Shown here: positions 30,665 to 40,493 of the stretch, in pieces
How the letters are laid out: each line of letters starts with the position of its first letter
How positions within the stretch are numbered: the stretch's first letter is position 1
NCBI GenBank assembly: GCA_027022365.1
Contig: JALVYU010000031.1
Span: forward strand, 32,001-96,000
DNA length: 64,000 nucleotides
Origin: Desulfurococcales archaeon
GTDB taxonomy: Archaea; Thermoproteota; Thermoprotei_A; Sulfolobales; Desulfurococcaceae
Direction of reading: 5' to 3'
The notes under the pieces: model-generated
Databases searched by the model: none
The model's input: the letters and a program-made list of their open reading frames with translations, nothing else
Told to the model about the DNA's origin: nothing
Position numbers and translations under genes: made by a program

Positions 30665-32461
30665 TTACATGCCGAGCTCTCTTGTGCGTTCGAATAACTC
30701 CTTTGTAGCTTCACCAACTTCTTTTGTGCCTGAAACCAGTTCTGCTGTTTCTGCAGCTTCTGTTTCAGGCGCCATTGGAAGTACTTCAACCTCTGTCCCT
30801 GTCTCTTTTAGCTCTTCTACCGCACGCTTATAGACCGCTGCGGGGTCGTAGTAGTAGTTGAATATTATTCTCGAGACATCCCATACATTAGTTACCCCCT
30901 TGTACAACATCCAGTTCAATATAGTTGCCTTCCTGTAGATCTCGTCAATAATGTCCTCGAGGTCGAGGCCGCGCTTCATAGCGATATCTCTCAAGTGTAT
31001 GCTCTTCTCAAGATCTACTCTGAACGCGTCCTCCTTAGGATCCCATTGCGCCACTGTTATGTAGCGGTTATAGTCCTCAACCTCCTGCACGATAGTGACT
31101 CTTCTCTGCACCTTCACAACTCCTTTCTCAATACGCGTGATCACACGCCGCAAGTGTATGAACACGTTCATTAGCTTCATATAGGTAGGCGGGATATTCA
31201 TTGGCGGGCTCGTCAGCCTCTTGATAGCATAATCAAGCGTCTCGGCGTGAATGGTCGATAAACCTCCGTGTCCCGTGGCTAGTGATTGGAAGAGCACGAA
31301 TGCCTCCTCGCCACGGACCTCGCCGACGACGATGTAGTCTGGACGGTAACGTAGGCTGAGCTTCACGAGATCGAAGAGCCTGATGCTTGTACCGCCGGAT
31401 GAGCCTACTAGGTAGCTCTCACGGCTCGTAAGCTGTACCCAGTTGGGGTGGGGGAGGTTGATCTCAGGGGTGTCCTCAACCGTTACTATCTTCATACCGG
31501 GCTTGATGAACATCGAGATAACGTTTAGCAAAGTGGTCTTGCCGGTACCAGTACCGCCTGCGATCATCGCTGTCTTGGCGTGCTCGATCAGTTCCCATAG
31601 ATAAGCCGCTACGAGAGTGTTGAGCTCTCCCGACTGTATTATCTCTGTCACGCTGAATGGTCTCTCGCGGAACTTACGTATTGTGAATGTTGGTCCTTTA
31701 ACCGATACTTCTCTGCCGAAAGTTGCCGCTAGCCTGTGCTTCTCGGGTAGCATCGCGTCTAGGATTGGGAACGCAATACTGATGTGTTTACCCGCCATGT
31801 GTGCCATTTTCATGATGAACTCGTTCAGGTAGTCTTCGTCGAGGAAGGTAATGTTTGTAGGTATGCTCTCATACTTTTTGTGCCATACATAGATCGGTAT
31901 ATTTACGCCGTTACAGCTTATATCCTCGATATTCGGATCCTTCATGAGCGGGTCTATCGGTCCGTAGCCCAGCAGGTTTCTCTCGATATAGTAGAGCAAT
32001 TTGATACGTCTAGCACCTACTAGGCCTAGCTTCTGCTTATACTTGTCGGCTATACGCTCTGCTTCCCTGAAAACATATCCCTTTAGATCCTTGATGTCCT
32101 CGGGCCTTGTGGGTGGCTTGATCTCGTCCATAAGGATCTCTGTCAGCTTCTCGAGAACGGCCCTGTCCGTGGGTGTTAACCCGTACTCCTCGACAAAGTA
32201 CATAGGTCCTTGGGGTGTTTCAGCGATAACCACCTTGACGAATGGCTTATAGACATAGTAGCTCTCCATTATCCTCCAGCTAGGATCGCGGCGTGCGACC
32301 TGTATCGGCTCGGTAGGCATGATGACGTGACGTATTGCCTCCATCTCCCTCTGGCCAGCGCGGAGCCCCCTGGGCTTTTTCTTCTTTCCTTTCCCCAGCG
32401 CTACTCTTCTCTGTAAAATCTCCTTAAGCGAAGGCAATAGTAGACGCCCCACTCCAAACAC
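30665..32461 (-). CDS. Type IV pilus assembly ATPase (FlaI/AapE/VirB11 family)
   Basis: GYGPIDPLMKDPNIEDISCNG, FTIRKF, GGTGTGKTT, EDTPE, LRYRPDYIVVGEVRGEEA, TGH..STIHA. Confidence 0.95.
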   Translation of the reverse strand: MFGVGRLLLPSLKEILQRRVALGKGKKKKPRGLRAGQREMEAIRHVIMPTEPIQVARRDPSWRIMESYYVYKPFVKVVIAETPQGPMYFVEEYGLTPTDRAVLEKLTEILMDEIKPPTRPEDIKDLKGYVFREAERIADKYKQKLGLVGARRIKLLYYIERNLLGYGPIDPLMKDPNIEDISCNGVNIPIYVWHKKYESIPTNITFLDEDYLNEFIMKMAHMAGKHISIAFPILDAMLPEKHRLAATFGREVSVKGPTFTIRKFRERPFSVTEIIQSGELNTLVAAYLWELIEHAKTAMIAGGTGTGKTTLLNVISMFIKPGMKIVTVEDTPEINLPHPNWVQLTSRESYLVGSSGGTSIRLFDLVKLSLRYRPDYIVVGEVRGEEAFVLFQSLATGHGGLSTIHAETLDYAIKRLTSPPMNIPPTYMKLMNVFIHLRRVITRIEKGVVKVQRRVTIVQEVEDYNRYITVAQWDPKEDAFRVDLEKSIHLRDIAMKRGLDLEDIIDEIYRKATILNWMLYKGVTNVWDVSRIIFNYYYDPAAVYKRAVEELKETGTEVEVLPMAPETEAAETAELVSGTKEVGEATKELFERTRELGM

Positions 32462-32628
32462 GTAAATGGGCTAAACTCATAATACTACCTTATAGGTTAT
32501 AGGTCTTAAACATATAGCTAAATAAGGCTATTGCCTTTGCGGGTTCTTTTAATAATACTTGAATAGGGGGTATGCTAAAATATATGTTGGCACGACAATA
32601 ATAACCTAAAGATACACGGACGGATGCG

Positions 32629-34425
32629 GTGTTTGCGTTGGGTTTCTGGGACTGGGTTTATATGGTTTTTGAAAAGCCCGGCAAGAAGATCTTAGAGATA
32701 TATCCGCATCTCCCAGAACAGATAAGAAAAAGCGGTATGCACATGTATCCAGAAGTCTACGCGTCATTTGTAGCCTTTATGACATTGGTTCTTACTGGTT
32801 TTTCCGCGGTTCTTGCCGCTATTTTTATCGTGGTTAGACTACAATATCTCATATTTATACCGATCTTATTACCTGTTTTCGGCTTTGTTTTTCTTGTTTA
32901 CTTCCCATCAATGCTGGCCAGTAGCCGTGCGGGAGGAATAGAGGGTGAATTTCCATATACTGTGGCTTACCTTAGCATGATGGTAATGAGCGGCCTCTCA
33001 CCATATAGTGCCTTTGAGAGAATCACGAGAAGCAAAAGAGTCTTCATTAAAAGTAGCGAGCTAAGTCAGCGCTTCATACTCCTAGTTAGGGTTCTGGGCC
33101 GCGACCCCTTATCGGCTTTCGCAATGCTAAGTGCCCGTACCCCCAGCGCGACTGTACGTGATCTATTGATGGGCTATGTTACCACCGTACGTGCCGGTGG
33201 TGATGTAGCGGATTATTTGACGAAAAAAGCTAGGCTCCTGTTTTCAGAGATAATAGTTAAGATGAAGATTATCGCTGATAAGCTGGCCAGTATATTGGAG
33301 GCATATCTTGCCTTAGCCTTATTATCAATGATAAGCCTTACAGTCATGTACTTTGTAACGGTATCATTCGTATCAGTTGTTCCATTCGGCCTAAGTCCGG
33401 GCGGGATGTTCCTGTTCCTCTACGTGATGATGCCGATGATGTCCGCTATGATAATCTATCTCGCCGACCTCATACAGTACAAGGAGCCGTGGGTCGACTA
33501 CCGCCCATACATGGTTTTCGCGGGGCTATCACTACCCATTGCCGCTTACCTCTCGGTTTTCGGTATCTTCCTGCCAGGAGTGCTTCCACCTGGGAATAAG
33601 CTCAGGGAAAGTTTTCTTGTAAAGGGACTACACGATCTCTTGGCGCTCCCCGCCTCTATAACTCATGCACCAGGCTATGTTGTATCAAGTATACAGTTCG
33701 CCCTCGTCCTCCTTATCGCGACTTTCCCAGCAATGATTTATTACGAGTATGTTTCACGGGAGTACAAGGTGGTTAACGGGATAACGCTCTTCCTAAGAGA
33801 CCTCGTAGAGGTTAGAAAAACCGGTTTGTCGCCGGAGAGATCGATTATTGAGTTGTCCCGCAGAAACTATGGTGCCTTCACGAAGTATTTGAGGAAAATG
33901 GCGCTCCAGCTCAGCCTAGGAGTGCCGTTATCCAAGATAATAGATGATCTCTTCAAGAAGATCATTGTTTGGAGGGCAAAGGTACTGCTGTATGTCCTAA
34001 CCGATGCTATCGAGGTGGGAGGAGGGACGATCGAGGTCATGGAGAACCTGGCGTGGTTCGCCGAGAGCATAGACGCTATAGAGGATGAGCGTAAAAAGAA
34101 CCTCCGCACACTACTCATAGTACCCTACATGGGAGGCATACTAACAGCAGCAACAGTAGTAATGCTAACGGCATACTTAGGAAGTCTCCCGCTAAGCTTC
34201 GGGGCTTTTTCTACGGCCGCCGCAATGACCCTGCCGTCGATTATACTTAACACGTACTTCATGGGGCTAGTGGCAGGGAAAGTATCGGCGGGAAGCGTGG
34301 CTGCAGGATTCAAGCACGCGTTCCTGCTGACACTGATATCTCTGTTTCTCTTACTGGCGTCCGGAATAATAGGTTCTCACCTAATGATCATGCCTTCGAG
34401 TCACGCAGTAGTGCCTGGAGGATGA
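32629..34425 (+). CDS. Type IV pilus membrane platform protein (TadC/FlaJ/AapF, two T2SSF domains)
   Basis: Two T2SSF repeats (SGLSPYSAF...GGDV; TGLSPERS...GGG) with multiple TM helices; divergent from the ATPase. Confidence 0.92.
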   Translation: MFALGFWDWVYMVFEKPGKKILEIYPHLPEQIRKSGMHMYPEVYASFVAFMTLVLTGFSAVLAAIFIVVRLQYLIFIPILLPVFGFVFLVYFPSMLASSRAGGIEGEFPYTVAYLSMMVMSGLSPYSAFERITRSKRVFIKSSELSQRFILLVRVLGRDPLSAFAMLSARTPSATVRDLLMGYVTTVRAGGDVADYLTKKARLLFSEIIVKMKIIADKLASILEAYLALALLSMISLTVMYFVTVSFVSVVPFGLSPGGMFLFLYVMMPMMSAMIIYLADLIQYKEPWVDYRPYMVFAGLSLPIAAYLSVFGIFLPGVLPPGNKLRESFLVKGLHDLLALPASITHAPGYVVSSIQFALVLLIATFPAMIYYEYVSREYKVVNGITLFLRDLVEVRKTGLSPERSIIELSRRNYGAFTKYLRKMALQLSLGVPLSKIIDDLFKKIIVWRAKVLLYVLTDAIEVGGGTIEVMENLAWFAESIDAIEDERKKNLRTLLIVPYMGGILTAATVVMLTAYLGSLPLSFGAFSTAAAMTLPSIILNTYFMGLVAGKVSAGSVAAGFKHAFLLTLISLFLLLASGIIGSHLMIMPSSHAVVPGG

Positions 34426-34432
34426 CAGTCCT

Positions 34433-36289
34433 ATGAGGAAGAGATCTATGAGAACATGTAAGGGTGTGAGCGAAGTCATATCAACAGTTATACTCGCCGC
34501 CACCATAATCATGATATCACTAGTGGTATTCTACTATGCTATGTACGCGTTCCAGACAAGCAGTCTCGCAACACAGTTCGGCTACACAAAATCGGTTCTA
34601 CTAGATCTCGCCTCGAACCTCAACTATGTGATCTCCGGTAACCAGTACTACGCCAACATACCGTCAAAAACAGTGGGTGTAGGATACAATGAGTCCAGTA
34701 CATACACCATATCGATAGGAGTGCCAGCCTACAACATAACGATAACTATAAACAACCCGCTAACAACCCCCCTCACCAACTACCAGGTAATGGTATGGCT
34801 CAACCAGACAAACTTCGCGGGCTGGAACTACCTGAACATGACAGGTAACACCACGGACTTCATATTTGTAGACCCCTACTACCACATACTCAGCTTCTAC
34901 GTACAGGAGTTTGACCCACTCAACAAGGTTGCCAAGATATGGGTAAAGGTACCATATATTCCCGGCGGCGGCTCAACAAAGATAATAATGTTCTATGGAA
35001 CCCCGCTCCTCAAGGGCCATAGCGACTTCTACTCAGTATTCGACAGGTTCTACGACGACTTCACAACCAGCCCATATAATAATGGGAAATGGATCATATA
35101 CAAGGCGGCGGGAACAAATTACACCGCAGAATTCGTCTGGGATCCCAAGCAGGGGGTAGTTAACCTGACCCTACCATACCCGGATCTCGGGGTAATGGCC
35201 TTCGCCGCGGAAAACGGCAGGCCTATCCAGGGCCTCCCTGTACTCGCGATCATAAGGTACAAGGGCGGTAATCCGAGCGCCACACCAGCCGATGGCTTCG
35301 CTTTCGCTTTCAATAAAGACATATCGGTGTATGAGCGGTACGCGGGTACTTTTGGTGGTACGGGAGGCTCTCTCGACCTAGAGTTGCTCAGCCCCTCGGG
35401 CACGATCATATCAGATGGATACGCGTTCGTCATGGATGCGTACCAGGACACAGGCACGTACCCCGATCCTGCTCCAAACTATACAGCTATAGAACGTACA
35501 AACGTTACATACCCCTACCCAAAAATAGATAACAAGTACTACCTTACAGACGCCGTATCCGATCTTACATGGCATGTTCTGACATTATCAATAGAGCCCG
35601 ATTACTCTTATGCAAACATAAGCATAGATGGCTCTCAGGTATTGACAAACGTTGCTCTCCCAACGAAGCTACCGTATACAGGGTTCGGCATCTCGGCGTC
35701 CACCCATAGTCTATCAGCATACTACACGGTAGATTATATCGAGGTGTATTATAGGAAGTACTACGGGCTCGACCCAACAGTATATATTAACCCAGTCAAC
35801 GGCACAGGGTTCGCGCCAATCTACACTATGAACTATGTCGGAATATATACGGCGGCATACGCTGCTTTCACGACGACAAGGCAGATCATCTATGGAACCA
35901 GCAACTATACAGTCGACGACATACGGTTGATCCCCAGAGTCACACAGTTCTACCTGAACGGCTTCACTTATGCCGAACTAGATACTTTCAGATTCTTGGT
36001 TAATCCCTATGAAGTAGTCACAGCCAGTGGAATAACATACACAATAAGTATCACGGGTGCCGAACTGCATCCACAGGTAATATCGTCGTCCCCCTCTCAA
36101 CTCATAGCCTCGTATGCGGGGATAACGTATTCGAATACGTTCAATACGACAAGGGTAGCGATCATAGTATCGTTGAATGGATACCTGCAAGTGATCGATA
36201 TAACGTCATCGCTGACAGGATACAATCCAGCGACATCCCATGTACAAGTATTCATTACGATTAAGAAGGTTAATTTGGTGTTTATCTAA
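34433..36289 (+). CDS. Pilin-like adhesin: class III signal peptide, DUF2341 domain, legume-lectin-like domain
   Basis: KG|VSEVISTVIL; NYQV...DFIF...IWVKVP.IP...IIMFYG (DUF2341); ADGFAFAF...WHVLT...GFGISAST (L-type lectin); 13 N-X-S/T sequons. Confidence 0.82.
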   Translation: MRKRSMRTCKGVSEVISTVILAATIIMISLVVFYYAMYAFQTSSLATQFGYTKSVLLDLASNLNYVISGNQYYANIPSKTVGVGYNESSTYTISIGVPAYNITITINNPLTTPLTNYQVMVWLNQTNFAGWNYLNMTGNTTDFIFVDPYYHILSFYVQEFDPLNKVAKIWVKVPYIPGGGSTKIIMFYGTPLLKGHSDFYSVFDRFYDDFTTSPYNNGKWIIYKAAGTNYTAEFVWDPKQGVVNLTLPYPDLGVMAFAAENGRPIQGLPVLAIIRYKGGNPSATPADGFAFAFNKDISVYERYAGTFGGTGGSLDLELLSPSGTIISDGYAFVMDAYQDTGTYPDPAPNYTAIERTNVTYPYPKIDNKYYLTDAVSDLTWHVLTLSIEPDYSYANISIDGSQVLTNVALPTKLPYTGFGISASTHSLSAYYTVDYIEVYYRKYYGLDPTVYINPVNGTGFAPIYTMNYVGIYTAAYAAFTTTRQIIYGTSNYTVDDIRLIPRVTQFYLNGFTYAELDTFRFLVNPYEVVTASGITYTISITGAELHPQVISSSPSQLIASYAGITYSNTFNTTRVAIIVSLNGYLQVIDITSSLTGYNPATSHVQVFITIKKVNLVFI

Positions 36290-36801
36290 TGGTAGCCCCG
36301 ATCATAACCCACGTTATAGGAATTACTGCCCTCATAGCTATTATGGTGATCATAATTATATATGTCGGCTTCATGACGCAGGCGATGATGTATGAGAATG
36401 TCCAGAGAAACCTAGAGTATGTCTCTCAATCGATATCAATGCAACTGCTGTATGCGATAACATCTGACACCAACATGACGATCCAGCTAAACTATCCAAT
36501 AGTGGTTGGGAAAAACACTTTCTACAACATCTACATAGGTAACACATCGTATGTTTTACAGGTGGCCCCCTTCCTCAATGACAAGTTATCGCCGTCCACC
36601 CTCTATGTTTTAACAATGACGCCCGACAAAACCGTCTACGCGTACACCCCCGTATGCAATATAACGTATAACGGTAAGCTTATCCTCGTGGAGAACAACC
36701 TGCTGGTTATTGGTAGCGGTACAGTTACAACATTAGCGATAAACATAAACACCACTAATATTTACATATCAATATATAAGATGGAGGTCAGATATCCTTG
36801 A
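36289..36801 (+). CDS. Minor pilin-like membrane-anchored protein
   Basis: N-terminal hydrophobic helix, beta-rich body, TAATG coupling inside the pilus operon. Confidence 0.7.
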   Translation: MVAPIITHVIGITALIAIMVIIIIYVGFMTQAMMYENVQRNLEYVSQSISMQLLYAITSDTNMTIQLNYPIVVGKNTFYNIYIGNTSYVLQVAPFLNDKLSPSTLYVLTMTPDKTVYAYTPVCNITYNGKLILVENNLLVIGSGTVTTLAININTTNIYISIYKMEVRYP

Positions 36802-38129
36802 AGGAAATCATAGAATACATTTTAGCCGCTTTAATAATAATTTCGATAATACCAGTCATAACATACGTAGAGAACACTGTCTACGCACCTAGGCCAAGGA
36901 GCGTTGAGCCGATAGTTCAAGTTCTATTTGCAAATAAAATATTTGATGAAATAAACAAGATATTTACGGCAGGTAATCTCACTTTATTTCAATCCAATAT
37001 ATTTAATACAATAATCGCTCAAGAACTATCACCATATAACAATTACGGCTACAACATAACTATTAGACCATACGCTATCAAGATCGATAGTGTTGGATGG
37101 ACGATCAACGTCACATCAATGTATAACGGAACCATTTCCCTCCTTGTAGTATCCACGGGCCTAGCTGTAAGGACGATAAACACTCCGCGCTACACGTTCC
37201 TCCTGCAGAACGGCACATACAAGTATGTATTCGCCAACCCGTTTAGCCCGACATATACGATGATGGTTATAGCGATCCTGGACATCGGTACTGCGAAATT
37301 TATTGATTATAAAATAACACAGAGCAGCGTCAACAAACTCACCCTAGTTAATATAAACGGAAAAGTATATCTTCTAGCACCGACATCCCTCAGCACGCCG
37401 CTGACATCATCTCCGGGCCAGGCGATAGTATGCTATTATGATCCTGCGACGAATAACTACTATTATTACGGCAGTATAAATTACAACTACATAAAAAGCA
37501 TAAGCTATTACAGGGCACCAAACTATTTCTTCGGGACATTATACAATAGTACAACAAGATACACTGAATACAGCAAGATAAGATACGATGTATCTTATGC
37601 AGGAGTTATAACGCTTTATGGAAATACATACAATATGTTCGGACTCTACTCCTACACAAACCAGTCCACCGGGTACTTTCACGGCAACTATTATTTCACA
37701 GGAACAGTCGTTACCAATACTGTTTCAACATCTACAACCACCGTTATCAACACAATAACCTATACTTCTCGTTGGTGGTGGTGGATAACAATAACAGGCA
37801 CATATACGACGACGCTGCCCGTAGAAGCGAACATCACCGCTACATACCCCAAAATAACAAGCACTACCCTCACAGCGAGCTCGACGACCTCGTACATAAC
37901 ATCCTCGGCAACGGCAACATATCCAATATACTATCCACTATTAAATGTCGTTGCGATAATTGTCGTGGATTCTAGCGGTAACATATATGTGGCGCTACCC
38001 TACTTCAACTATCTGACCGCTGGCTCCACTATACCTGCGAACTGGCCCGTCAGCCATGAAGCCTACTGGTTCAGGATAGGAATGTTCACTTATTATGTAC
38101 AGATAACTATTTGGAGGAAATCGATATGA
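36798..38129 (+). CDS. Minor pilin-like surface protein, Thr/Tyr-rich
   Basis: MKEIIEYILAALIII anchor, Thr/Ser-rich segment with WWWW, overlapping stop/start. Confidence 0.7.
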   Translation: MKEIIEYILAALIIISIIPVITYVENTVYAPRPRSVEPIVQVLFANKIFDEINKIFTAGNLTLFQSNIFNTIIAQELSPYNNYGYNITIRPYAIKIDSVGWTINVTSMYNGTISLLVVSTGLAVRTINTPRYTFLLQNGTYKYVFANPFSPTYTMMVIAILDIGTAKFIDYKITQSSVNKLTLVNINGKVYLLAPTSLSTPLTSSPGQAIVCYYDPATNNYYYYGSINYNYIKSISYYRAPNYFFGTLYNSTTRYTEYSKIRYDVSYAGVITLYGNTYNMFGLYSYTNQSTGYFHGNYYFTGTVVTNTVSTSTTTVINTITYTSRWWWWITITGTYTTTLPVEANITATYPKITSTTLTASSTTSYITSSATATYPIYYPLLNVVAIIVVDSSGNIYVALPYFNYLTAGSTIPANWPVSHEAYWFRIGMFTYYVQITIWRKSI

Positions 38130-38509
38130 GGTCACAGTCGGTTATCATCTCGGCGTACATGGCTGTAGCGTTGCTGGTAATTGCTATGGCGACCATTTAT
38201 GTATATGTGTTGCCACATACACAATCGTACTTATCCTCATATTCGTCACTGGATGTGAGAAGCATTGTTTATAGCAGGTACTCGTGGACCGCGAAAATCC
38301 TTGCAAACGAGCTTTACAGAGAGCTCAACCTGAAATACGTCTATGTGAACATAACGACATACAATATCACCACGGGCAGAATAATCAGTACCGACTACTA
38401 TATAATACGTCCCGCCAGAAACACTAGCCTCATCTATATCACATATAACCTCACCAGCTTCAATCCCGACGGGATTATGTATATCTACAACATAAAGGTG
38501 GGAAGATGA
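38126..38509 (+). CDS. Minor pilin
   Basis: MRS|QSVIISAYMAVALLV class III-like N-terminus; GGAGG SD and ATGA coupling. Confidence 0.72.
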   Translation: MRSQSVIISAYMAVALLVIAMATIYVYVLPHTQSYLSSYSSLDVRSIVYSRYSWTAKILANELYRELNLKYVYVNITTYNITTGRIISTDYYIIRPARNTSLIYITYNLTSFNPDGIMYIYNIKVGR

Positions 38510-39858
38510 AGGGACAGCTACCGATAATTATTGCCTTCACAATAATAATGGCTATTGTAATCTCCACTGCAATATATATTTCAACAATCCCTGTAAACGT
38601 GAAGTTCAGCTATACCGGCAAACAATATAGTGACTGGGAAATATATGATCAGGAACTGACCCAGCTAATACTCTACATGCTTAAACAAGGGGTCACGGCC
38701 GCAACCCCTCTCATCGAAAATTACATTAAATCGAACATATTTACCCAGAGCATCACCTACACGCGTGTCTACGCACCCCTAACAGCCTATCTCACCTATG
38801 GATTCTGGTATTCCGAGTACTTCAACGTATATGTGCCGACGGGAAGAGAATATGTTTCGATCACACCATCATACTATACAGGAACCGTTCTTTCAGAAGT
38901 GAGTGTCTTAGCGACAAAAACACTGAACTCCACGGCATACAAGATCCTGACGAGCTGGATAAACAGCATGAAGAAGCTAGGTCTAAGAATAATTATAGAC
39001 AATTTCATAACAGCCTATAATCTAAGCCTAACATCAACGGGAACAACAGCCATTGGCATGGCTAACGCCTCGGTAAACTTCACCATAACTATATTCAACT
39101 CTCTAGGCGAATACAGGGTTTACACGAAGACATCACTGTTGCACTGCCAAGTCAATTTCACACACGGATACTACTCGGGCGCAGACTCAATCAGTGGAGG
39201 ATTTGTCCTACCCCTCGTCATACAGACATATATAATGATCGACGGGACACGCTACTATTATGTCCTCTCGCCCAGAGACGTGACCACGTACTACTACTCA
39301 CAATTATTCTCCACACTACCATCCTTTGCCGCGAAATACGGTGGCTCACCCCTCGCCAAAGCCTACGTGATAAACAATGGGCAGGCGGCGTTCTACAGGG
39401 GAAACGGATTAACGAATGTAACATTGATTATAAGGTACAATACTTACGACGAATTCCTCGTCGACTGGATCAAATACGTTCATTTCTCCTCTATAATAGG
39501 GCTCATAAAATCAACAGACCTAGACTGGAACAACGTATTCTATGTATTCAACTATATGACATGGGATCTAAGCTACTGGGGCACCACAAATGTTACGACC
39601 TTAGTGTCAGAAGATAGCATTAACCTGACAGACATAACAGGCAATAACGTCGAAGTATCGTATTACACCCAGTCTATATCACCATACGTTAACTACACGA
39701 AAGTTCTCACCTTCTATGTACCGGGATATTCGAGAATAGATGTTAACGGAGTACCGGTTATCGTGCCGACACAGTTCTACATCTACTACTCCGGAGAATA
39801 TCTAGCATACTCCTTCCTATATGCATACTCCTTCGACATTAATATTAGGGGTAGATAA
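38506..39858 (+). CDS. Large minor pilin / surface protein
   Basis: MKG|QLPIIIAFTII class III signal peptide; Tyr/Thr-rich; ATGA coupling. Confidence 0.75.
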   Translation: MKGQLPIIIAFTIIMAIVISTAIYISTIPVNVKFSYTGKQYSDWEIYDQELTQLILYMLKQGVTAATPLIENYIKSNIFTQSITYTRVYAPLTAYLTYGFWYSEYFNVYVPTGREYVSITPSYYTGTVLSEVSVLATKTLNSTAYKILTSWINSMKKLGLRIIIDNFITAYNLSLTSTGTTAIGMANASVNFTITIFNSLGEYRVYTKTSLLHCQVNFTHGYYSGADSISGGFVLPLVIQTYIMIDGTRYYYVLSPRDVTTYYYSQLFSTLPSFAAKYGGSPLAKAYVINNGQAAFYRGNGLTNVTLIIRYNTYDEFLVDWIKYVHFSSIIGLIKSTDLDWNNVFYVFNYMTWDLSYWGTTNVTTLVSEDSINLTDITGNNVEVSYYTQSISPYVNYTKVLTFYVPGYSRIDVNGVPVIVPTQFYIYYSGEYLAYSFLYAYSFDINIRGR

Positions 39859-39955
39859 GCCAGCACATAATCCACTGATCATTGGCATGAGCTTCCCTCA
39901 GTAAATATAGGGCGTTTTTCCCTTATTTTTATACCTAAAAACTCGATCATAAAAT

Positions 39956-40055
39956 GCAACCAATGATTATACGTTGAGCAACGCAGATAAAATGTTGCCT
40001 ATATCAAGACATAAGCTTTTAATTTCCTATGTCACTATCATATTGTAAGAGGTGA
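39956..40055 (+). promoter_or_regulatory. Major pilin promoter with tandem GCAAC-N11/12-GTTG inverted repeats
   Basis: Sites at 39956-39976 and 39978-39998, TATA-like TTTTAATT 40017-40024, SD GAGGTGA 40049-40055. Confidence 0.45.
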
Positions 40056-40061
40056 ACAAGT

Positions 40062-40493
40062 ATGCGTGCAATATCCCCAGTAATAGCAACAGTAATAATA
40101 GTATCAGTCGCTATTGCCATTAGCATCGCAGTAGCCCTATGGCTGACTGGTGTTACCAGCGGATTTACTCAGACTGAGAATCTGCAAATAGTATCAAGTT
40201 ACGCCACAGCTGTTGATACCCCGGTTAAGGGATGGAACATTACTATAGTGTTAAAGAATACAGGTACTGTTGCAGCGACCATTGATAACATATTCATAAA
40301 CGGCATTCCTGCTCAGAACAATACTAACGGTGTCTACTGGCTCAATGGTACCGGTACAACAATCGAACCCGGCAAGAGTATAAGGATAATAATAGTGTTA
40401 AAACAAGGACAATTCTCATCAGGCCAGATGGTGAATATCAAGATACATACTGCTAGCGGTAGGGACTACCCGACAACAGTTACTCTGCCATAA
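40062..40493 (+). CDS. Major type IV pilin (archaeal, AapA/B-like)
   Basis: MRA|ISPVIATVIIVSVAIAISIAV class III signal; LKNTG, IDNIFING Ig-like body; own promoter. Confidence 0.92.
   Translation: MRAISPVIATVIIVSVAIAISIAVALWLTGVTSGFTQTENLQIVSSYATAVDTPVKGWNITIVLKNTGTVAATIDNIFINGIPAQNNTNGVYWLNGTGTTIEPGKSIRIIIVLKQGQFSSGQMVNIKIHTASGRDYPTTVTLP

Noticed and set aside
30665-40493. Archaellum or conjugation system
   Set aside because: No archaellin, FlaF/G, FlaH-in-operon or VirB4/TraG genes; the pilin is the short Ig-like type IV pilin
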